Below are positions 1-7,618 of a DNA stretch of 64,000 nt, piece after piece. The stretch's first letter is position 1. Each line of letters begins with the position of its first letter. This DNA comes from a virus. The DNA lies in IMG/VR virus record IMGVR_UViG_3300034134_000022, positions 1 to 64,000 of that record. The stretch is one strand, 5' to 3'. The notes beneath the pieces are model-generated. The model made no database searches. It saw nothing but the letters and a program-made list of their open reading frames with translations, and had not been told where the DNA came from. A program made the position numbers and the translations under genes.

Positions 1-468
1 ATGGATCGGATGAGCCTTGCCTTTTTGACGGGTGGAGAGGCAGCAAAAACCGCGACAGAAGTGGTGATGGACACAGCCCAAACCCAATGCAACTTGAAGA
101 ACATGGCACGGCGCAAAGAATCGACATTGCAGCGTCTTTTTGCTTTGTGGGTGCAGTACACCGGGGAAGCAGAGGGTGGTTCCATCAATGTCAATGAATC
201 GATTTTACAAACGCCTGCCAACCCGCAAGAAATTCAAGTGATTCTGGATGCGATGGGCGTGAAGATCTCCAACAAATTAGCGCTGCAAATGCTGCTAGAG
301 CGGAAGTGGTTGCCTGCGGATGCGGATATCGAGTCGGAGCTGAAGTCACTAGAAGGGGGCGATACAGGCTCCGCCTACACGAGTGAACGCCCGTTAGCCC
401 TGGCGACTCCTGAAGCGATCGCGGCTGAAGCCGATCGGCAAAAGCAATCACTTCCTGCTGCTGCGTAG
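1..468 (+). CDS. putative portal protein, C-terminal part (5' end outside window)
   Basis: Frame open from nt 1. It lies directly upstream of a Mu F/SPP1 gp7-type head morphogenesis gene, the usual portal position. Acidic C-terminal tail. Assignment is contextual only. Confidence 0.4.
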   Translation: MDRMSLAFLTGGEAAKTATEVVMDTAQTQCNLKNMARRKESTLQRLFALWVQYTGEAEGGSINVNESILQTPANPQEIQVILDAMGVKISNKLALQMLLERKWLPADADIESELKSLEGGDTGSAYTSERPLALATPEAIAAEADRQKQSLPAAA

Positions 469-501
469 GAATACCAGAGGGCAAAAGCTGAGGGCTTGAC
501 C

Positions 502-675
502 ATGACAGAACGAAACGCTGGAGACAAGATTGCAGACGGGTTTGGCACTGCCGCCGATATCACCGATGCCATCAGTCAAGAAGGCTTGGCAAAGACAGGT
601 AAAGCAGTCGGTTGGCTACGTTTAGGCAATACGCTTGCTTCCGTTGGAGCACGTTTATTCGGCAAGAAAAAGTGA
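502..675 (+). CDS. small hypothetical protein (57 aa)
   Basis: ATG 502 to TGA 675, below the 60-aa cutoff of the ORF track. Product MTERNAGDKIADGF...LFGKKK. Its stop overlaps the next GTG start (GTGA). Confidence 0.3.
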   Translation: MTERNAGDKIADGFGTAADITDAISQEGLAKTGKAVGWLRLGNTLASVGARLFGKKK

Positions 676-833
676 CTACACCCACAGAACCGATTCAGCC
701 ACTTGGAGCGCCGATCGCGCTCAGCACGCTGATGCAGCTCACGAACTTCACTCAGGCTGATTTGGATCGGGCGATCGACACTGCTAGCCCACGCTTGCGC
801 CGCTATCTCAAGGCAAAGGTGCGGGAACGCTGA
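672..833 (+). CDS. small hypothetical protein (53 aa)
   Basis: GTG 672 overlaps the TGA of the previous ORF. Same frame as track ORF 612..833. Confidence 0.3.
   Translation: MTTPTEPIQPLGAPIALSTLMQLTNFTQADLDRAIDTASPRLRRYLKAKVRER
823..828 (+). promoter_or_regulatory. GGGAAC box (candidate late-gene regulatory element)
   Basis: GGGAAC 87 nt upstream of ATG 910, followed by the hairpin and T-run at 858-899. Confidence 0.25.
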
Positions 834-857
834 CGCAGATACATACAGTTCCTCCTG

Positions 858-899
858 CTGCCGCCTTTTCCCCGCAAGGGTTTTTAGCGGCAGTTTTTT
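858..899 (+). terminator. Rho-independent terminator-like hairpin
   Basis: CTGCCGC (858-864) pairs with GCGGCAG (887-893). An inner CCC-GCAA-GGG hairpin sits between the arms, and TTTTTT follows at 894-899. Confidence 0.55.
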
Positions 900-909
900 A
901 GCAGTTATT

Positions 910-1575
910 ATGCCTTTCAATTTTGAAGAGATTGCTTATAACGCCAAAGCAGGGCGCTATGTGAGAGCCGATGGCAAGTTTGTCGGCAAGGAAGTGATTC
1001 GCAACCTCGTAGACCAGGAGCAACAACGGCTACAGGTGCGGTTGCAGGCACACACCCGACTGATGGCAAATCAAACCATTACGCTGGCAGAATGGCAGCT
1101 CCGTATGGCTGAAAGCCTTCGAGATAGCCACTTAAGGGCTGGTACGCTCGGTGCAGGCGGCAAAGCGCGAACTGAGGCGCAACATTTTGGCGCGATCGGC
1201 TATCAGTTGCGACGGCAGTATCAATATCTGGATGGCTTTGCCCAGGCACTCCATGAAGGAAAGCTCACTAGAGAACAAGCGCTCAGACGTGCGGCGATGT
1301 ATGCCGATTCGATGAATACGACGTTTCACCGGGCGGAGCAAATCAGCCGGGAAAGGGAAGGTTTTGATCAAGCACTGCGATCGCTGGATTCTAGCAGCAA
1401 ACATTGTACTCAATGCCTTGCCCACAGCACCTATGGCGAGTGGAAACCTGTCGCTTTAGTAGTGTCTCCTGGCACTGACTGCGCGTGTCAGGCTCACTGC
1501 CGTTGCTCGATTGCCTACCGTCGCAGCAGCCGTCCCAAACCGACCATTCTCAACAGGGGAACCCTAGCGGCGTAA
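910..1575 (+). CDS. head morphogenesis protein, Mu F / SPP1 gp7-like
   Basis: C-terminal Cys/His cluster CTQCLAHS...PGTDCACQAHCRCSI resembles the Phage_Mu_F signature (C..C ... H.nCRC). Sits next to the portal fragment. Confidence 0.65.
   Translation: MPFNFEEIAYNAKAGRYVRADGKFVGKEVIRNLVDQEQQRLQVRLQAHTRLMANQTITLAEWQLRMAESLRDSHLRAGTLGAGGKARTEAQHFGAIGYQLRRQYQYLDGFAQALHEGKLTREQALRRAAMYADSMNTTFHRAEQISREREGFDQALRSLDSSSKHCTQCLAHSTYGEWKPVALVVSPGTDCACQAHCRCSIAYRRSSRPKPTILNRGTLAA
1557..1562 (+). promoter_or_regulatory. GGGAAC box
   Basis: GGGAACCCTAG, 36 nt upstream of GTG 1593. Confidence 0.3.
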
Positions 1576-1592
1576 GGAGGTTAGAGAACATC

Positions 1593-2003
1593 GTGTCACT
1601 AGCCTCCCCTCTCCCCTCTCCCCTCTCCCTCATGCCCTGGAACACCATTACTGCACCAACCGACCTGGAACGCATTCGGCGTGCCTTGAAAGTGCCAGCC
1701 GAGAAAACCTATCTGGATATTCTTCGCACTGCCATGAGCCGTGTGGAGAAGGAATCGCCAGACTCGATCGCCACGGTGCAAGAGCTGCTGGACAACCTGG
1801 ACGGCAACCGCACCAAGCGCATGGCTACCCTTGGTGATGCCAGCAGTGCACTGATTAAAGCGGATGTACTAGAGTGGCAACCAGGGGCAAAGACCGATGG
1901 TATGGACACGCTACGGGCGGAGTGGATTCAAGAATTGACCGCAGCACTGTATTTAGAAATCCCCAATCAAGCGTATGGCTATGGCACCCTTAGACGAAGC
2001 TAA
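1593..2003 (+). CDS. hypothetical phage protein
   Basis: GTG 1593 lies 11 nt after the AAGGAGG at 1575-1581. The alternative start is ATG 1632. The N-terminus spans the CCCCTCT heptamer repeat. Confidence 0.5.
   Translation: MSLASPLPSPLSLMPWNTITAPTDLERIRRALKVPAEKTYLDILRTAMSRVEKESPDSIATVQELLDNLDGNRTKRMATLGDASSALIKADVLEWQPGAKTDGMDTLRAEWIQELTAALYLEIPNQAYGYGTLRRS
1606..1626 (+). repeat. heptamer tandem repeat (CCCCTCT)x3
   Basis: Three perfect 7-nt units plus a partial fourth, encoding SPLPSPLS if the GTG 1593 start is used. STRR-like. Confidence 0.8.
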
Positions 2004-2211
2004 TCAAGTGTCGGGCGAGCTTGCCCTACTGCTGGGCAATGCAATTCGCCAGCAAGACCTGGAACTATTGCGTCAGGTGATCCGCGAGATGGCGGTTACT
2101 TGCCCTGACCTGGATGCCCGTTGGGCGTTTCGCACGGTACAGCGTGACCTGACATCAGAACAGGTTGCCTGGTTTGAAGCGGCGATCGTCCAAATTCGCC
2201 ACCCAGAGTAG
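1975..2211 (+). CDS. hypothetical protein
   Basis: 78-aa ORF in the late operon that overlaps the preceding gene's end. Confidence 0.4.
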   Translation: MAMAPLDEANQVSGELALLLGNAIRQQDLELLRQVIREMAVTCPDLDARWAFRTVQRDLTSEQVAWFEAAIVQIRHPE

Positions 2212-2216
2212 GGAAC
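2211..2216 (+). promoter_or_regulatory. GGGAAC box
   Basis: GGGAACACTGA, 59 nt upstream of ATG 2270. The hairpin CCCTC-N5-GAGGG lies between them. Confidence 0.3.
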
Positions 2217-2269
2217 ACTGACACATAAATCAACCCTTTAACTCGCCCTCCCTGTGAGGGCTTTCTTGT

Positions 2270-2689
2270 ATGGCGAGTCCATTTCCCGATTTTGTCCGCA
2301 ATACGACGCTGGTGTTTGAGGTGCCCACAGGCGACCTGACTCAAGATGAGATGGGGAATGCTGTTGCAGAGACAACCAGCATCCGCGTGATTGCTATGCT
2401 CAAAGTCAAAACGCTAACGTTTTCCAATAGCAAAATTCAGCGTGCGCCAGAAATTGATGAGAGCGCGCTGCTGCTGGAGGGCTACTGCCTGGAGCCAATG
2501 GTGTTGCCGCATAGCATCCTGCCAAAAAATTGGGCAGCGGCAACGTGGAGCGGTCAGCCAGGGTTCTTTTACCTTAACGACCCGATTAACCCACCTTACG
2601 GCAGGGAAGGGATTGGAGCGTTGGTGGAATCCAGTGCCGGGACTAAAATCATAGGATGGTTTCAAACGGACAGGGCTAAATATGCCTGA
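2270..2689 (+). CDS. hypothetical structural-module protein
   Basis: 139-aa ORF. Its stop TGA overlaps the ATG of the endolysin gene (TGATG). Confidence 0.55.
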   Translation: MASPFPDFVRNTTLVFEVPTGDLTQDEMGNAVAETTSIRVIAMLKVKTLTFSNSKIQRAPEIDESALLLEGYCLEPMVLPHSILPKNWAAATWSGQPGFFYLNDPINPPYGREGIGALVESSAGTKIIGWFQTDRAKYA

Positions 2690-2755
2690 TGGCGAAAGGC
2701 GGGAACACCAGTGCACCACTACGCCCTGAGACCATGACTGAATCGCCACAAACGC
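2687..2755 (+). repeat. direct repeat copy 1 (flanks endolysin gene)
   Basis: TGATG...GCGGGAACACCAGTGCACCACTACGCCCTGAGACCATGACTGAATCG... is about 85-90% identical by eye to 3421-3485. Confidence 0.8.
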
Positions 2756-3423
2756 CGATCAACCTGACCGATGTTGCCAAATACTATCGGGAGACTCCTG
2801 AACAGGCAAAGGCTTTAACCTACCTCCAGCAAAACATCGCTCCAGACGTACTGACTCAGTTTGCTGCGCTGTGGCGACTAACCCCCAAGCAAACCATTTA
2901 CCTCACGCTGGATAACCTTTACAACATCACGTTGACTGCCAGCTCAGAGAAATTAAAGACCTTCGTGGCACCGCTAAACCAAGGCTTCGATCGCTTTGGC
3001 ATCAACACGCCACTGCGAATCTGCCACTTTCTAGCTCAGGTAGCGCACGAATCAGACGGCTTCAACGCCCAGGAAGAATATGCATCTGGTGCCGATTACG
3101 AATGGCGTGAGGATTTAGGCAACACCCAGCCGGGGGACGGTGTGCGCTTTAAAGGCAGAGGTTTAATCCAGGTGACGGGACGGGCAAACTATGCCCAAAT
3201 TTCTAAGGACATTGGCGTTGATTACGTTGCCAATCCCACACGACTGGCAGCTTTGCCCGATTGCGTAAATAGCGCCTTTTGGTACTGGAACTCACGCAAT
3301 CTGTCGGCACTGGCAGACCAGGATGATTTGCGCGGCATTACCCGTCGCGTCAATGGTGGCTATAACGGCTTGTCAGAACGGCAAGGCTACCTGAACCGAG
3401 CGAAAGCCGTGCTGAAATGCTGA
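2689..3423 (+). CDS. endolysin, glycoside hydrolase family 19 (chitinase-like lysozyme)
   Basis: The stretch ICHFLAQVAHESDGF...YEWREDLGNTQPGDGVRFKGRGLIQVTGRANY...SAFWYWN...INGGYNGLSERQ matches GH19 catalytic signatures. An alternative start is ATG 2734. Confidence 0.85.
   Translation: MAKGGNTSAPLRPETMTESPQTPINLTDVAKYYRETPEQAKALTYLQQNIAPDVLTQFAALWRLTPKQTIYLTLDNLYNITLTASSEKLKTFVAPLNQGFDRFGINTPLRICHFLAQVAHESDGFNAQEEYASGADYEWREDLGNTQPGDGVRFKGRGLIQVTGRANYAQISKDIGVDYVANPTRLAALPDCVNSAFWYWNSRNLSALADQDDLRGITRRVNGGYNGLSERQGYLNRAKAVLKC
2701..2706 (+). promoter_or_regulatory. GGGAAC box
   Basis: GGGAACACCAGTG, 33 nt upstream of the internal ATG 2734. Confidence 0.3.
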
Positions 3424-3485
3424 TGCCTGCGGGAACACCAGGGCACCATTACACCCTGAGACCATGACTGCATCGGAACAAACGA
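3421..3485 (+). repeat. direct repeat copy 2
   Basis: Second copy of the 2687-2755 element. Here it forms a 14-codon mini-ORF (3423-3467) whose stop overlaps ATG 3464. Confidence 0.8.
3431..3436 (+). promoter_or_regulatory. GGGAAC box
   Basis: GGGAACACCAGGG, 33 nt upstream of ATG 3464. Confidence 0.3.
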
Positions 3486-3631
3486 CATCCACAGAACCCA
3501 CATTAGAGCAGCAGATGCAGCAGAAATGCCAGGAATGGCAAAATCGGCTGCGTCTAGCTGATTGGGATGTAGACGTGAAAGTTGTGCCTGCAATGGATAT
3601 GTACACCACGCAGCTACATGGCACCGTTTGA
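3464..3631 (+). CDS. small hypothetical protein (55 aa)
   Basis: ATG 3464 to TGA 3631, not in the ORF track (<60 aa). Product MTASEQTT...QEWQNRLRLADWDVDVKVVP... Confidence 0.35.
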   Translation: MTASEQTTSTEPTLEQQMQQKCQEWQNRLRLADWDVDVKVVPAMDMYTTQLHGTV

Positions 3632-3742
3632 ACCAGATACCAGCCAGCAGGCAGAATGCCTGGCAATGGAGTTTGCGATCAACGCGATCGCGGGAGCTTT
3701 ACTCAAACTAGCTACAGTCCAACCTCAAGAGGCAAAAGGACA

Positions 3743-4024
3743 ATGAATTTTGAACTGAAGACACCTGCTGATGGCAGGGGGAACCGAACTGCTGTGACGT
3801 TGGATGGCGTAGATTTGGGGCACGCCTGCAACATTGAACTTTTGATTCCGGCTGATGGTGTTGTGCTGCTCAAAATTGAATTTCACAGTGATGAGGAGGG
3901 GACTCTTCTGCTCAGTGGAGAAGGCAAAAATCAGCGGCTACTCACGAGAACAGTCTGCTACAGTGGCTCGTTTACTGTAACCGGGCTGGTTGAATCAATA
4001 GTGGAACCAAGCGATGGGCGTTAA
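3743..4024 (+). CDS. hypothetical protein (93 aa)
   Basis: Internal ATG (MNFELK) of track ORF 3656..4024, preceded by AAAGGA. Confidence 0.45.
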   Translation: MNFELKTPADGRGNRTAVTLDGVDLGHACNIELLIPADGVVLLKIEFHSDEEGTLLLSGEGKNQRLLTRTVCYSGSFTVTGLVESIVEPSDGR

Positions 4025-4421
4025 GTTCGACCGTACCAAGCTCAACGCTGGCATTACCAAAGCCTTTACGAAAACGGCTGAGGTGTATGCGGAGCAGCTA
4101 CAGGAAGAATTAGATACTCCACAGTGGGAGTGGACTGGCAGGAAAACAGAGCGTGAAAATGGGTCGATCGTTGGCTCTCCACGGGACATTAACGATACTG
4201 GGGAACTCTTGGACTCGCAGCAACCGGTGGTGATTGAGGAGAAGGGCGATCTGATCATTGGCACGATCGCCTATGAGTGTGACCACGCTGCCGTTGTGTA
4301 CACAGGCTGGACGGATGCTCAAGAGATCTATCCCGGTCGTGAGTGGGATAAGGCAGCACAGGAAAACATGAACGTGGCGAAACATTTTGCCAATGGTTTA
4401 AAGCAGGAGCTAGGACTATGA
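4014..4421 (+). CDS. head-tail joining / tail component, HK97 gp10-like
   Basis: 135 aa. The RDINDTGELLDSQ motif resembles the (I)VDTGxLRDS motif of the gp10 family. The gene sits just upstream of the tail tube gene. Confidence 0.45.
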   Translation: MGVKFDRTKLNAGITKAFTKTAEVYAEQLQEELDTPQWEWTGRKTERENGSIVGSPRDINDTGELLDSQQPVVIEEKGDLIIGTIAYECDHAAVVYTGWTDAQEIYPGREWDKAAQENMNVAKHFANGLKQELGL

Positions 4422-4831
4422 ACGTTGAAGCGTTGCGCGATCGCCTCCTTCTCCTTTTAGCCGATGAACTGGGCACCTACACCATTGGCAAACCGCCAAA
4501 AACTAACGATACACCCGCGATCGCTATTCAGGATTCAGGAGAGTCACGCCCCAACGATCGCGCCATCACTGGGCTAGAAATTATCATTCGGCGCAGTCCT
4601 GAGCGCGACCATAACAGCGTTTATCAGGGTGTGCAACGCAAACGGACATGGCAACTGTTTTTGGTGCAGCACCAGGGCAACCATACTCTACAGGGTGCGA
4701 TCGACAAAATGGAACTGGCGTTTCCCAATATGAGATCGGTACTCCTTGGGGCAAACCAACAGAAAAATATTCGGGAACAGGTCAGCGTCAAAATCGTTCA
4801 ACTCAGCGAGTTTGCGCGGTTACGGGGCTGA
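4418..4831 (+). CDS. hypothetical head-tail/tail completion protein
   Basis: 137 aa, ATGA overlap with the previous gene. Call is positional only. Confidence 0.4.
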   Translation: MNVEALRDRLLLLLADELGTYTIGKPPKTNDTPAIAIQDSGESRPNDRAITGLEIIIRRSPERDHNSVYQGVQRKRTWQLFLVQHQGNHTLQGAIDKMELAFPNMRSVLLGANQQKNIREQVSVKIVQLSEFARLRG

Positions 4832-4860
4832 TTGACGCTCAGGTAAGGCTAGCGCTGCGA

Positions 4861-4866
4861 GGGAAC
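4861..4866 (+). promoter_or_regulatory. GGGAAC box
   Basis: GGGAACAACACAAG, 40 nt upstream of ATG 4901. The hairpin CCCTCGCGAGGG lies at 4881-4892. Confidence 0.35.
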
Positions 4867-4900
4867 AACACAAGCGACCACCCTCGCGAGGGCTTCCTTC

Positions 4901-5794
4901 ATGTCCGCTCAAGATTTTGTAATCGGTGTAGAGACTGAAATCTACTTCGGTATCATGCCCGCTGAATTATTAGCACTGGAGACACTGACTCCACCACCTA
5001 ATGTCTTGTTGACCACTAGCGGTGCTGCCACTCAAGGCGCTGCCGTGATTCCAGTGACCGCACTGACCAAGCCTGTAGCGGCTGGCAGTGTCCTCAAGTT
5101 TGCGCCTGCAACTTTGGTGACGGTGACTGAACCTGCTACTGCCAATGCCACCAGCTTGACCTCAACAGCGCTAGGCGGTGCCATTCCTGACAATGCCACC
5201 ATTCATTTCTTTGAGGCTGGCTTCTCAGTGCAGACATCCGCTGCTGCTGCCTCTGCTGCTACAGCGGTAAGTGTCGATCCATTGCCAGTTGCGCTCCCTG
5301 ATAATGCTGTTGGCTATTACTTCTCGGCGGCTCCTAAGTTTGCTTACATCACTCAGCACGCCAAAACAGGTGACACTCAACTGGTGGTGGAACCGTTGGC
5401 AGCAGCTCTGACGAGTGGCGATATCGCGCTCCACTACGGGCTGCTCTTACTGGAAGGTGGGACAACCTCGGACGAGCAAATTCAGGCTAAAGACACCGAA
5501 TCTCAGGTGTACGGTAAGGGTCTGAAATACGCTACAGGTAAGGTGACAGGCGCTAGCTGGCAGGTCAGCTACTCGTTTAACGTGTTGCCATCTGATCCGG
5601 GTTACTTCCGGCTGGCGTATGCGGCTCAGAATGCGATCGCTGGCATTCGTGGTTGGGTCAAAAAAGTTGACCCCGTACCCGCCGGCTATACCGAAGGGGA
5701 ATCGATTCAGGGTTTGGCTGATGTCACCGATTTCTCAAAATCGAATCCAGCAGAAGGCGTGATTACGGGTAAACAGCTTTGCCCCGCACTGTAG
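4901..5794 (+). CDS. major tail (tube) protein; 3' end apparently displaced by an insertion
   Basis: 297 aa, Ala/Thr/Val-rich beta-type sequence. It lies immediately upstream of the G/GT chaperone pair and the tape measure gene. The C-terminus reads ...EGVITGKQLCPAL*. Confidence 0.5.
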   Translation: MSAQDFVIGVETEIYFGIMPAELLALETLTPPPNVLLTTSGAATQGAAVIPVTALTKPVAAGSVLKFAPATLVTVTEPATANATSLTSTALGGAIPDNATIHFFEAGFSVQTSAAAASAATAVSVDPLPVALPDNAVGYYFSAAPKFAYITQHAKTGDTQLVVEPLAAALTSGDIALHYGLLLLEGGTTSDEQIQAKDTESQVYGKGLKYATGKVTGASWQVSYSFNVLPSDPGYFRLAYAAQNAIAGIRGWVKKVDPVPAGYTEGESIQGLADVTDFSKSNPAEGVITGKQLCPAL

Positions 5795-6061
5795 TAATGC
5801 AGTGATGAAAATTCGTCCAAATCGGTGAAGGCTGAGATGCTAATACCGAGGGAAGTGCGCTAGCGAAAGCTAACACCCCGTAGAGAGCAGAGGGACTTGG
5901 ACATCCTAAAAAGGATGAAGGTGTGCTCCGAGCTATACCGAAACAGAAGGTATAGAGTTAGGCAGAAATGACCTAGCCGATCGCGAAAGCGATTAGTAAC
6001 AAATCTGAAACTCACGTTTAAAGGCCGAGGGACTCCCACCCTCAAACACTACAGCTAAGTA

Positions 6062-7396
6062 TCAGCCATCCTTGAGGCGTTTCGCTTTGAACTTGGCTAA
6101 TACTCTCGCTCGTCGTTCTGCTTCCGTTTCCCACGCTAGACGGCATTGCCATCCGGTTTTGCCATCTAGCGTTTCGCCATACACAAGCTTGCTCAAGGCG
6201 GAATGGCTAACATTATGCGCTTGAGCAAAGCTCTTAAGGCTGTTGGTCAAAAACTCATTGCCGTCTGGATCGGTGACGATATATTCTCGATTATTTTTGC
6301 GGTGTTTCAAGCGATCGTTGCGATCGTCGATCGAGTCTTCGGCATAACGAAGCTTAAACCCTTTGTGCTGAAAGTGCTTGCCCAAAGCTACTTTGGTCAT
6401 GGTTGAGCAACACAACTCATGCTCTTTGCAGAAAGCAGGTAAGCCCTCAATTTCTGCCTGCTGCCCATTAGGGAATGTGACAATATAGCGTTTGTTCTTT
6501 CCTTGCAATGCCAGCCGTTTTTGTCGAATGACTTCAGGCTCATTAACCAGTTGACATTTCCAGCCATCATGAGTTTGAAGATGAACGGCTCTAACAATAG
6601 CTGCCATCGCTGCGTAGCTCAATTCTTTATCTCGACAAAACTGTTTGAGATTCTTGACAACGAACTCGCTACCATCTGGAAATGTCACAAGATACTCACG
6701 GTTACGTCTGAGTCGATTTAATCTAGACTGATGTTCTTCTTTCGACTCGTTTGTATAACGACAACGCCAACCTTTATGCTGATCATGAATCGCTTTCGCA
6801 ACGTTAATCATCTGTCCAGCAATTAAACCGTTGTTTCTGCAAAACTTTGTCAGATTTTTAATGCTCATCTCTCTCCCTTCTGGAGAAGTGACAACATATG
6901 CCAGCGAGTTTGCTTCAGCTATCCCCTGCTTAATTCGCTCCATCACTTCTGGCGGTAAAGGGTTGTTTAATCGGTGCTGAACCCTCTTAGCAATAGTGTC
7001 AGGGCGCTGTTTTTCACCGAGTCGAGACGGTGCAATGCCAGCCCTGGCAGCAATATTAAAACTTCTGTTTTTAGAGCCAACACCTCGAAGATCAATCCAG
7101 GTTTGTTCATGTTGGAGAGCTTGCCCTGGTAAGCAAAGCTCCAGAATGTGAAACGAGAAAGGCTCTGCACCGTAGCGATCGTAGTGTTTTTGCAGAATGG
7201 GCGAGTGGTGAATGCCACGCTGTAGCTCCTTTACATGGCGGTTGAAGCGAGAGCGGAACCCAAGCCCAGCCGCAGAACCAAAATAGACGAAATCATTCAC
7301 GCTGCAATGAATGGCATACACCCCAGTAGAAGTAGGCACAGCCTTCAACGACTCGTGCAGCGGAAAACCCGCCGCTAAAAACGGTAAGTTAGACAA
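6062..7396 (-). CDS. GIY-YIG homing endonuclease with four tandem NUMOD-like DNA-binding repeats
   Basis: GIY-YIG signature GVYAIHCSVNDFVYFGSAAGLGFRSRFNRH. Four ~50-aa repeats of the form Y(I/L/V)VT.P.G.E..(I/V).(N/G)L..F(C/A)......(L/I)......(HKGW/HDGW/KTGW) follow. TTG start with AAGGAG 6 nt upstream. Confidence 0.8.
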   Translation of the reverse strand: MSNLPFLAAGFPLHESLKAVPTSTGVYAIHCSVNDFVYFGSAAGLGFRSRFNRHVKELQRGIHHSPILQKHYDRYGAEPFSFHILELCLPGQALQHEQTWIDLRGVGSKNRSFNIAARAGIAPSRLGEKQRPDTIAKRVQHRLNNPLPPEVMERIKQGIAEANSLAYVVTSPEGREMSIKNLTKFCRNNGLIAGQMINVAKAIHDQHKGWRCRYTNESKEEHQSRLNRLRRNREYLVTFPDGSEFVVKNLKQFCRDKELSYAAMAAIVRAVHLQTHDGWKCQLVNEPEVIRQKRLALQGKNKRYIVTFPNGQQAEIEGLPAFCKEHELCCSTMTKVALGKHFQHKGFKLRYAEDSIDDRNDRLKHRKNNREYIVTDPDGNEFLTNSLKSFAQAHNVSHSALSKLVYGETLDGKTGWQCRLAWETEAERRARVLAKFKAKRLKDG

Positions 7397-7443
7397 AGTT
7401 GCTCCTTTGGTGGATCAAAGTGAGTGATTAGCGATCGTGTTCT

Positions 7444-7449
7444 GTTCCC
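7444..7449 (-). promoter_or_regulatory. GGGAAC box (minus strand)
   Basis: TGGGAACA on the - strand, 53 nt upstream of the endonuclease TTG start at 7396. Confidence 0.25.
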
Positions 7450-7518
7450 AGCAGAGTGCGATCGCGCTTGTACTATTTTACCCTGAAACCCCTGTCTGTA
7501 TTACGTTTTGGCTCTTAT

Positions 7519-7560
7519 CAAACAAAAAGCTCATCTAAATCTAGATGAGCTTTTTGTTTG
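7519..7560. terminator. strong bidirectional hairpin terminator
   Basis: CAAACAAAAAGCTCATCTA, loop AATC, then TAGATGAGCTTTTTGTTTG. This is a 19-bp perfect stem with T-runs on both strands. Confidence 0.7.
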
Positions 7561-7618
7561 GCAGTCGCAGTTGAGCAAAAGGACTGTCTGATTCATGGTT
7601 CCTACCATTGCGTGAGGT

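Larger units (their letters stand above)
5771..7485 (+). mobile_element. candidate group I intron or homing-endonuclease cassette inserted in the major tail gene
   Basis: U at 5770 and G at 7485. The guide-like TTTGCCC (5778-5784) is complementary to the junction GGGT|AAA. GNRA-capped hairpins fill 5795-6061. A GIY-YIG gene sits inside on the antisense strand. HIP1 is absent from 5641-7457. See findings. Confidence 0.35.

Noticed and set aside
612-833. Track ORF start (TTG 612) for the 73-aa ORF.
   Set aside because: It would overlap the better-supported ATG ORF 502-675 by 64 nt. GTG 672, which overlaps that ORF's stop, gives a compact coupled arrangement. Both small genes remain low confidence.
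3464-4024. Programmed TGA readthrough joining the 55-aa ORF (3464-3631) to 3743-4024, which is in the same frame.
   Set aside because: Two neighbouring ORFs share a frame one time in three by chance. The intervening 37 codons look non-coding, and the downstream ORF has its own ATG with a purine-rich RBS.
5976-5998. Group II intron domain V-like hairpin (AGC...GAAA...).
   Set aside because: The stem is only ~5 bp and lacks the 14-bp bulged architecture. There is no reverse-transcriptase/maturase ORF and there are no 5' GUGYG / 3' AY boundaries.
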